Positions 7,794 to 13,441 of a stretch of 15,287 bases of DNA are shown here, piece by piece. The stretch comes from a virus. The stretch lies in the IMG/VR virus record IMGVR_UViG_3300045988_093774; one strand, given 5' to 3'. Numbering within the stretch: the stretch's first letter is position 1; each line of letters opens with the position of its first letter. Below the pieces are notes generated by a model. It saw only the letters and a list, made by a program, of their open reading frames with translations, was not told the DNA's origin and made no database searches. The position numbers and the translations under genes were made by a program.

Positions 7794-9029
7794 TCACCAC
7801 AACCTTATACTTTGACCCGGATAGATTCGATTCGGGTTCTTGATTCCGTTCAGTTTAGCAAGCGTCTGATAACTCGTATTATGCCGTGATGCAATGCCAG
7901 ACAATGTATCACCTGACCGCACTGTGTAATACTGTGAAACATTTGATGATTGTGAACTTGACGCAACTGTAAGTACCTGACCCGGAAAAATAGTATAGGG
8001 CGAATGAATACCGTTTCTATTTGCAATATCAATCCACGAAACACCAAGTCTTTTTCCAATGGAAGTTAGACAGTCACCGCTTTTTACTGTGTACGTTGTG
8101 ACACTTTCCGTGTTCGTGTTTGATGAATACGCGCCGGAAATTGTGAGAACCTGTCCCGGGTAAATCAAGTTCGGGTTCGCGATACCGTTCAGTTCAGCAA
8201 GATATTTGTATGTTGTGTTGTATCGTTGTGCAATACGTGACAACGTATCACCTAACTGTACAGTGTAATACACAACACGATCTTCTGCTTTGTGATTTGG
8301 CTCAGACGGTTTATAGTTATCTGACGCAACATAACCCGCTAATTTATCCCAATCTGCGCTATCACCGTAAAACACATCTAAGTCCAAGTTACCTGTCCAA
8401 CCATTCAACCTACCGGATGATGTATACTGGAATAGTGGTGTCTTGCCTGAGAACTCACCAAGGTCATAATGTAATGGTGGGTTGTCTATGAAGCCATAAA
8501 TTGTGTTATAACCCGCATAATACCCCGCATTCCATAGAGAATAATTCTTTGCCACTTCCGACCAGTCATATCTATGAATTACGCTGTTTGACATATAGAT
8601 CACGGGTTTCACACCTGTCATGTTATAGACAGCGTCTAGCCAGTCTTTCGCCCAACCGACACCTTGATCGACCGCGGATGATTCATAATCCAACACCAAC
8701 ACAGAATGCCCGATATAGCCGGAAATGTGATTAACGAAATATTTCGCCTGTGCGATCGCATCACCTTTCCTAGCGAAATGATATACACCTGTCTTTTTTC
8801 CGCTTTCTTTTGCATCTTGATATACTCTGTCGCAATCCGGGTTAACATAGCCTGTACCCTCTGTTGCTTTTGCGATTACGAACTCAACATCATGCATCTG
8901 TGTTACGTCAATTCCACGTTGCCAGTTAGACACGTCTATACCGTTCATATTTGCACTAGCTGTGACTGGTAGTGAAACAACAAGCATAACAGAGAGGAAT
9001 AATGCAATCAGATGCTTACTTTTTTTCAT
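7794..9029 (-). CDS. GH25 muramidase with three C-terminal LysM repeats and an N-terminal Sec-type signal peptide (endolysin, 411 aa)
   Basis: N-terminus [26 protein letters not shown]|N shows n/h/c regions and an ASA cleavage motif. The GH25 signature is [14 protein letters not shown]...[16 protein letters not shown]...GVYHFAR. The three LysM repeats are [13 protein letters not shown]..., [13 protein letters not shown]... and [13 protein letters not shown].... SD GAGGTGA is present. Confidence 0.88.
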   Translation of the reverse strand: MKKSKHLIALFLSVMLVVSLPVTASANMNGIDVSNWQRGIDVTQMHDVEFVIAKATEGTGYVNPDCDRVYQDAKESGKKTGVYHFARKGDAIAQAKYFVNHISGYIGHSVLVLDYESSAVDQGVGWAKDWLDAVYNMTGVKPVIYMSNSVIHRYDWSEVAKNYSLWNAGYYAGYNTIYGFIDNPPLHYDLGEFSGKTPLFQYTSSGRLNGWTGNLDLDVFYGDSADWDKLAGYVASDNYKPSEPNHKAEDRVVYYTVQLGDTLSRIAQRYNTTYKYLAELNGIANPNLIYPGQVLTISGAYSSNTNTESVTTYTVKSGDCLTSIGKRLGVSWIDIANRNGIHSPYTIFPGQVLTVASSSQSSNVSQYYTVRSGDTLSGIASRHNTSYQTLAKLNGIKNPNRIYPGQSIRLW

Positions 9030-9261
9030 TCACATTCACCTCACTGTCTAGCTTATCGCACAGTTTCTGTAACACAATGGTGTTATTATTGAGCGCGTCT
9101 GCCATTGTCTTGATCTCTTCTGCGTGAGATTCTGACAACTGTTTGAGCTGTTCGGAGTCCTTGTCGCGTGTGTATTTCTGATAATACATGAGTACACCGC
9201 AACACACAACCGGAAATCCGACCATTGAAACAGCGTTAATAACTGTGTTAATAGTGTCCAT
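9016..9261 (-). CDS. Putative holin, BhlA/UviB-like architecture (81 aa)
   Basis: It has a single N-terminal TM segment ([18 protein letters not shown]) followed by a charged coiled-coil tail, and it overlaps the lysin start by 14 nt. The start was moved from track value 9300 to ATG 9261 (SD GGAGTGGAGG). The extra codons are the palindromic element. Confidence 0.65.
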   Translation of the reverse strand: MDTINTVINAVSMVGFPVVCCGVLMYYQKYTRDKDSEQLKQLSESHAEEIKTMADALNNNTIVLQKLCDKLDSEVNVNEKK

Positions 9262-9282
9262 ACCTCCACTCCTTTCTCTGTG

Positions 9283-9336
9283 ACGTTTCACGTGAAACAT
9301 GAATCAAAATGTTTCACGTGAAACATGAATCAAAAT
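9283..9336. promoter_or_regulatory. Two tandem copies of the CACGTG-centred palindrome inside a 26-bp direct repeat x2 (9285-9310, 9311-9336)
   Basis: 9309-9326 is the perfect 18-mer ATGTTTCACGTGAAACAT. 9283-9300 matches it 17/18. Both lie between the consensus promoter (9378-9406) and holin ATG 9261. Confidence 0.75.
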
Positions 9337-9337
9337 G

Positions 9338-9371
9338 AACGATTAAACGAATAAGCAATGCCTTAATCGTT
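9338..9371 (-). promoter_or_regulatory. Predicted 5'-terminal stem-loop of the late transcript
   Basis: Arms of 9 bp: AACGATTAA (minus strand, 9371-9363) and TTAATCGTT (9346-9338), with a 16-nt loop. It begins 7-8 nt after the -10 box, at the expected transcription start. Confidence 0.4.
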
Positions 9372-9377
9372 AAACAC

Positions 9378-9406
9378 ATTATAGCAAATTAAAATAGCGG
9401 TGTCAA
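9378..9406 (-). promoter_or_regulatory. Perfect-consensus sigma-A/sigma-70 promoter for the lysis + structural operon
   Basis: Minus strand: TTGACA (9406-9401), a 17-nt spacer, then TATAAT (9383-9378), with TGc immediately upstream of the -10 (extended -10). Confidence 0.8.
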
Positions 9407-9428
9407 CCGTAAATTAGTTGAAACCGCT
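9388..9428 (-). terminator. Intrinsic terminator hairpin ending the ORF-free RNA unit; overlaps the -35 of the next promoter
   Basis: Minus-strand RNA pairs AGCGGU(9428-9423)/ACCGCU(9401-9396) and UCAAC(9421-9417)/GUUGA(9407-9403), with one U.C mismatch and a 9-nt loop, followed by AUUUUAAUUU. An A7 run lies upstream, so the element also looks like a terminator on the plus strand. Confidence 0.6.
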
Positions 9429-9548
9429 TTTTTTCTGCCCGTGACCTCTAAGATAAATCAAAGGGTGCGTTACTCCACCCACCCCGGTTGGCTACTTGCC
9501 CCTTAACGCGTCCGGGCGTGGTCAGTGATTCTACTCAAAGAGGGGAGC
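9390..9548 (-). ncRNA. Candidate structured non-coding RNA (~155-160 nt), possible prohead/packaging RNA analogue
   Basis: It is ORF-free, with no ATG and no SD. It is bounded by its own near-consensus promoter (9555-9583) and a terminator (9388-9428). It is locally GC-rich: 39/60 G+C in 9461-9520 by my count, in an otherwise AT-rich genome. A hand fold gives a 5'/3' end-pairing helix and a three-way junction. It sits directly after the packaging ATPase gene. Confidence 0.45.
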
Positions 9549-9554
9549 AATATT

Positions 9555-9583
9555 ATAATACCATGAATTATTGCCTTTGTCAA
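9555..9583 (-). promoter_or_regulatory. Near-consensus sigma-A promoter driving the ORF-free RNA unit
   Basis: Minus strand: TTGACA (9583-9578), a 17-nt spacer, then TATTAT (9560-9555) preceded by TGg (extended -10). The -35 abuts the ATPase stop codon (9585-9587). The predicted start is near G 9548. Confidence 0.75.
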
Positions 9584-9584
9584 C

Positions 9585-10628
9585 CTATAAAAAAGATAAC
9601 ATGTCTAGCATCATATTTTTACAAGTAAGGTTTTGGAAGCGCATCAAGCCTCGGTGAAAATAATTTCGTAACGCTATGATAATATAGTTACTACTGTTTA
9701 CCATCACTGCGCGATCGTCGACCACGTCTGTGTAGTTGAAACAGACCCGGCGTGGGAATGTTTCGTCTGCCCCCTCTGACACGTAAATGCAACTGTTGTA
9801 TTTCCTGACATTGTACCACATTTCATTGTAACGTACCGAAAGCATATACTCAGACACGCCGTTAGGTCTAGCTATTAAAGCGTCATTGTCATTCAAATAA
9901 ACGTTCTGTGACGCGTGGGAAAAGTATTTTGATCCTGAAAATGCGCGGTTAAAAGCTGAACTCTCAAAAGCTTTACTGGCGTTCTCGTTATATGTTCGCT
10001 CGTACACCCAACCGTCACCACGCAATATTTTTGTGTCACGCTTTAGCATTTTATTAATTCCCAATGCCTGATAATATGGATTAAGAATTGATACGGTATT
10101 ACTAGCCATGTATAAAGGAACGCGCCGACTCTGCTTTCCATCACCACGCGCAATAGATGTGTGTATCGACATTAACTTATCTATTTCGTTTGGTAGATAA
10201 TTGTTAGACTCGTCTTGGTATTCGTCAAAAAACCCGTGAGCAACTTGCACAAAAATAGAAGACATTCGTTTTATTTTGCCTGACAATGACAGTGGCAAGC
10301 ACCAACCACATGGTTTGTCATCTAACAACAACTGCACCACTGCCCCGTCAAACAATTTCTTCTCAGTCATAGTATGACCGTTATAAAACAAGCGTCTTAT
10401 ATCGGTAAAAAACGAATCAGACATAGATTGCATATCTGTTTTGTAACGATAGATAAGATAGAACTGGTTAACGTCTGTTTTTTCTTTCAAAAACGTGTCT
10501 ATTAGCCTACGCTTAAACGAGACCGTTTTTCCCGCTGTTCGGTTTCCGTCTGCAATGTATATATCGGGGTTTTTTCCGTTACGATCTTTTAATGTCAACA
10601 AATAATCACAGTTATAATATTTTCCCAC
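9585..10628 (-). CDS. DNA encapsidation (packaging) ATPase, phi29 gp16-like
   Basis: Walker A is GNRTAGKT and Walker B is GFFDEY. CGWCLPLS, NYLPNEIDKL and NTVSILNPYY parallel phi29 gp16 AGWAIPLS, NYIPNEVSAL and NAVSVVNPYF (from memory). The ORF is open to GTG 10655 (the track start), but GTG 10628 has SD AAGGTG 7 nt upstream and gives an N-terminus (M)GKYYNCDYLL that aligns with the gp16 N-terminus. Confidence 0.9.
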   Translation of the reverse strand: MGKYYNCDYLLTLKDRNGKNPDIYIADGNRTAGKTVSFKRRLIDTFLKEKTDVNQFYLIYRYKTDMQSMSDSFFTDIRRLFYNGHTMTEKKLFDGAVVQLLLDDKPCGWCLPLSLSGKIKRMSSIFVQVAHGFFDEYQDESNNYLPNEIDKLMSIHTSIARGDGKQSRRVPLYMASNTVSILNPYYQALGINKMLKRDTKILRGDGWVYERTYNENASKAFESSAFNRAFSGSKYFSHASQNVYLNDNDALIARPNGVSEYMLSVRYNEMWYNVRKYNSCIYVSEGADETFPRRVCFNYTDVVDDRAVMVNSSNYIIIALRNYFHRGLMRFQNLTCKNMMLDMLSFL

Positions 10629-10794
10629 GTGTAAACACCTTATACCTTTCTCCACTCACTGTCACTATGTTATAACATTGTAATCCCTTTCTGTCTGTGT
10701 ACGGTGTCACAGATTGTACATATGGGTCATTGATGATGCGCATTAATGTGTCAGATGTTACAATAGACATATTCAATTTTTCTAAGTTAATCAT
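10612..10794 (-). CDS. Hypothetical protein (60 aa)
   Basis: The start was moved from track value 10830 to ATG 10794, which has SD AAGGTGGTGG 5 nt upstream. The 3' end overlaps the ATPase start region. No recognisable motif. Confidence 0.5.
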   Translation of the reverse strand: MINLEKLNMSIVTSDTLMRIINDPYVQSVTPYTDRKGLQCYNIVTVSGERYKVFTRGKIL

Positions 10795-10811
10795 ATTCCA
10801 CCACCTTATAA

Positions 10812-10837
10812 AGAAAGGGCGGTTTCCCACCCTTTCT
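10812..10837 (-). terminator. Strong GNRA-capped hairpin 2 nt after a stop codon (partial terminator, attenuator or RNA stabiliser)
   Basis: Minus-strand RNA reads AGAAAGGGUGG GAAA CCGCCCUUUCU: an 11-bp stem (one G.U) with a GAAA loop. The plus-strand version has a C.A mismatch, so it is strand-specific. The downstream U tract is poor (UUAUAA). Confidence 0.35.
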
Positions 10838-10839
10838 GA

Positions 10840-11163
10840 TTACTCTTCATATCTAGTGACAATAAGGTTTGTGCCGTTACCCTTTGCCAACTTAATGCTT
10901 TCAAATTTTACGCTGATCTTCTTTTCTTCAACATCGTTACTGTCTCCAACGATTGCGGCCAGGTTTCTTAATCTACCCTCAACAACTTTTGACGCACCAC
11001 TAAAAACCTGTCCATTCACTTTTACAACGGATATCGGAATTTCTTCAGTATCCACGATTCCAAAACCCTCAAGCACACCCTCTACTTTCTGTTCAACTGC
11101 GTCAACAAATCCAAGTCCTGAACCTACGTTCGCCATATCCATTTTTGTGATATTATATAACAT
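10840..11163 (-). CDS. Hypothetical early protein (107 aa)
   Basis: SD AGAGAGGT lies 8 nt before ATG 11163. It sits in the replication module, and its size class fits the small DNA-binding proteins of phi29-like phages, but no motif was recognised. Confidence 0.6.
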   Translation of the reverse strand: MLYNITKMDMANVGSGLGFVDAVEQKVEGVLEGFGIVDTEEIPISVVKVNGQVFSGASKVVEGRLRNLAAIVGDSNDVEEKKISVKFESIKLAKGNGTNLIVTRYEE

Positions 11164-11165
11164 GC

Positions 11166-11426
11166 TTATTTACCTCTCTTTCTTGAAACGTTAATTTTTG
11201 CAACATCTTCCTCTGTGAGAATCAGATGTTCTTTCACTGTTGAGTGTTCAGCAAAATCAGAATCGCTCATCACACGCTTATCCGCATAGAACACACATTC
11301 TAAAACATTCACAATTGCATTTTTGAACATTTTACCCAACGCAATTTCTGCCTTTTCTTTTGAGGTACACTTCTCAACATTTACCTCTACTTCTCTTGAC
11401 TGGATTCCCTTATCTGTTTTTTTCAA
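11166..11426 (-). CDS. Hypothetical early protein; probably the body of a longer (~101 aa) product whose N-terminus is in another frame
   Basis: The track ORF begins at a TTG whose SD (GAGG) is only 3 nt away. The strongly signalled start is ATG 11472, which is in the -1 frame relative to this ORF. The two frames meet at the A7 run (11417-11423). Confidence 0.55.
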   Translation of the reverse strand: MKKTDKGIQSREVEVNVEKCTSKEKAEIALGKMFKNAIVNVLECVFYADKRVMSDSDFAEHSTVKEHLILTEEDVAKINVSRKRGK

Positions 11427-11472
11427 CGACCTCAGCTTTAACTTTTGCTATAATAATTGTTCTTGTAATCAT
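11410..11472 (-). CDS. 20-codon ORF with strong SD (MITRTIIIAKVKAEVVEKNR*), likely the true N-terminus of the downstream ORF
   Basis: AGAAAGGAGA lies 8 nt before ATG 11472, directly after the polymerase stop. The ORF ends at TAA 11410-11412, just after the A7 tract. Removing one A fuses it in frame to 11166-11426. Confidence 0.4.
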   Translation of the reverse strand: MITRTIIIAKVKAEVVEKNR

Positions 11473-11494
11473 ATCCTAAATCTCCTTTCTTTTT

Positions 11495-13414
11495 TTAACA
11501 TTCACCTTGATTACAATAATGATTGTACACTGGATTCACTTTTTTGTCAAGACTTTTTTGTATTTTAAATGTTTTATTTTTCAACAATATACCGCCTCTG
11601 ATTCTTACGCCCTTTAAGTTGGCATCCTCTAGTTGCAAATTTTCATGCAACGCAGACACAGGTAATCTGCGGGCAATAAACTCCTGTTTCGCCTGTTTCG
11701 TCATGCCGGACGCTTTCAAGTTCAGATAAGGTTCACACTCCTCACCATCCTCTGCTATAACGTGTTCTGCATATGTTTTCTGACGCTCGTAATATGCGAA
11801 ATCAAAATCACACTCATTCTTCCAACAACAAAACTCAACAGGGTCAACAACAACCTTTTCAGCGGGTTCTAAACCTTGTAAATGTATAGAGTCTGTGTCC
11901 GCATAACAAAATCGTTCATAGTTAGCTATTGCGTGTCTGATCGTAAAATTGCGTGCGTATGAAGTTATAGCTGAACCTACAGGAATATAGCCAACAGTTT
12001 TTTCATGCTCCTCATGCAATATGAAACGGACGATTCCATCCTCAGACATATATGGTTCTTTCCATGAACTATCATCTGACATTGCGAACTTGCCATACAA
12101 GTTGTTTAGAAAAAGTTTAGCCAGTGTCCGTTTAAAACCTTTACTTTTCTTTTTCATTTCCGCATACGTGTCAATGTATTCATCAAACATCCCCGGACGA
12201 GCGTAAAACCACACATGATCAATGATCTGTAGATCATATAAGTCATAGGTTTCTTGTAATAATAACCAATCTGTTTTAGTTAACACAAACTCATGTACTG
12301 TGTCGCATATATTTCCGTCATTATCATAATAATATCTATAATATACACCTTTATGTCGTATATCTGAGGTGTACAGATTTTCATTACCTTTATAGTGCGC
12401 GTTACCTCGGATATGCAACCACGGAAATGCCCCCGGTTTTAGCCGAAACCGAAACTTACAACGAACAAAATAATAAAAATCATTCTTATTATTCATATGT
12501 TCAGGTGGTGCACCTAAGCAATACTGACCACGTCCGTAAGGATAGTAATTCCCGGAAACACTGTGCATCATAGACGGGTACAATGAATTTACATCATATA
12601 CTTTCCCTAATGTTATAGTTCTGTGTGCGTATATAGGATTCACGTAGCACCATCCACCGGAATATGAACTGTGTACATATTCCCACACGTTATTATATTC
12701 GCAAAAATCATAATGCATGGGGTCATCACGTAAATCAGGAAACAATCTATCAAAATCCTTTTTCGTGTATTCAGATTTGAATTCCGATAGACAACATGAA
12801 CCTATTGTTAATTTGTCATGACCCTCATTGAACATCATTTCTAGAGCCTCTTTTAACACCAACACATCATTTTTTATGTATTCCTCTTCTTCCGGCGTTA
12901 TATCACAATAGGCTTGCCTGTTGCCTGTGTACTCCATTTCTAACTTTTGGTGCTTTGTGTGAAATGATTCGCCGATTGCTCGTAGTGATGACGGCATGAG
13001 CTTTAAACTATTTCTTATTTCTAGTAGTGTGTGTGACCATTTAACTTTAATGTAATACCATTGACCCATAGCTGAGATAGATGTTTTAAATTGCCTACTC
13101 CTCATTTCACTGTCTTTCACACTTGTGTGTGTGTATCCCTCACGGAGCAAAAAATCCACAATGAATGAACCATCAAAAGACAAGTTGTGGAAAAATAAAA
13201 CGTTATTTCCCGGCATACGTAAAAATCTAGTTAGAAAATCACGTATACTATGCGTGATTGTTACCGTCTCTGCTTTGTCGTACAATGCAACATCAGCACC
13301 CGCCCACACCTCAGTATAATCTTGCTCATGTCCTGCTTGTTTTATCATGTCATCTGACCAAACAGTTGTTTCAAAATCACACGCCCAGTATGTTATTTCT
13401 TTCTTTCTTGCCAT
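11495..13414 (-). CDS. Protein-primed family-B DNA polymerase (phi29 gp2-like, 639 aa)
   Basis: Motifs: Exo I CDFETT, Exo II FHNLSFDGSF, Exo III YIKNDVLVLKEAL, motif A DVNSLYPS, motif B KLFLNNLYGKF, motif C YADTDSI, and KxY RQKTYAE. All closely parallel the phi29 polymerase motifs. Confidence 0.97.
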   Translation of the reverse strand: MARKKEITYWACDFETTVWSDDMIKQAGHEQDYTEVWAGADVALYDKAETVTITHSIRDFLTRFLRMPGNNVLFFHNLSFDGSFIVDFLLREGYTHTSVKDSEMRSRQFKTSISAMGQWYYIKVKWSHTLLEIRNSLKLMPSSLRAIGESFHTKHQKLEMEYTGNRQAYCDITPEEEEYIKNDVLVLKEALEMMFNEGHDKLTIGSCCLSEFKSEYTKKDFDRLFPDLRDDPMHYDFCEYNNVWEYVHSSYSGGWCYVNPIYAHRTITLGKVYDVNSLYPSMMHSVSGNYYPYGRGQYCLGAPPEHMNNKNDFYYFVRCKFRFRLKPGAFPWLHIRGNAHYKGNENLYTSDIRHKGVYYRYYYDNDGNICDTVHEFVLTKTDWLLLQETYDLYDLQIIDHVWFYARPGMFDEYIDTYAEMKKKSKGFKRTLAKLFLNNLYGKFAMSDDSSWKEPYMSEDGIVRFILHEEHEKTVGYIPVGSAITSYARNFTIRHAIANYERFCYADTDSIHLQGLEPAEKVVVDPVEFCCWKNECDFDFAYYERQKTYAEHVIAEDGEECEPYLNLKASGMTKQAKQEFIARRLPVSALHENLQLEDANLKGVRIRGGILLKNKTFKIQKSLDKKVNPVYNHYCNQGEC

Positions 13415-13441
13415 AACGTCTTCACCATCACATTCACGTGT

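Noticed and set aside
9048-9269. Nested minus-strand ORFs in alternative frames (9048-9269, 7850-8059, 8636-8848, 2012-2194)
   Set aside because: They lie inside recognisable genes (holin, GH25 lysin, collar). Their starts fall in SD sequences or lack an SD, and no motif was recognised.
9262-9300. N-terminal 13-codon extension of the holin ORF (MFHVKRHRERSGG...)
   Set aside because: It is the same artefact: the open frame runs through the palindrome. SD GGAGTGGAGG serves ATG 9261.
9283-9336. Possible mini-CRISPR array, because of the palindromic direct repeats
   Set aside because: The two 26-bp units are directly adjacent with no spacers. There are only two copies and no cas genes, and the same palindrome occurs singly at two other gene starts.
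9396-9434. Hairpin followed by T7 on the plus strand as a terminator for a plus-strand gene
   Set aside because: No credible plus-strand transcription unit or promoter points into it. The A-run/hairpin/U-run shape is explained by a minus-strand terminator that looks bidirectional.
9436-9550. GC-rich segment as a tRNA or tmRNA-like gene
   Set aside because: There is no T-loop consensus (GTTCRANYC) and no cloverleaf with a 7-bp acceptor stem. The hand fold is a three-way junction of a different geometry.
10621-10636. Additional CACGTG cores (10626-10631, 13434-13439, 5049-5054) as further copies of the palindromic element
   Set aside because: CACGTG alone is expected several times by chance in 15 kb. 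These sites lack the symmetric GTTT/AAAC arms: 10621-10636 needs a 1-nt insertion in each arm, 13434 has one arm only, and 5049 has none.
10697-11194. 165-aa plus-strand ORF, and the other plus-strand ORFs in the track (e.g. 6331-6774, 5737-6108, 1792-2106, 13773-14066)
   Set aside because: All lie antisense within well-supported minus-strand genes. They have no SD or promoter context and show low-complexity Ser/Phe/Leu-rich translations typical of antisense frames.
11417-11423. Classical -1 programmed frameshift on the slippery heptamer A_AAA_AAC
   Set aside because: The -1 frame hits a stop after 10 codons. The long downstream ORF is in the +1 frame, so a -1 slip does not explain the arrangement.
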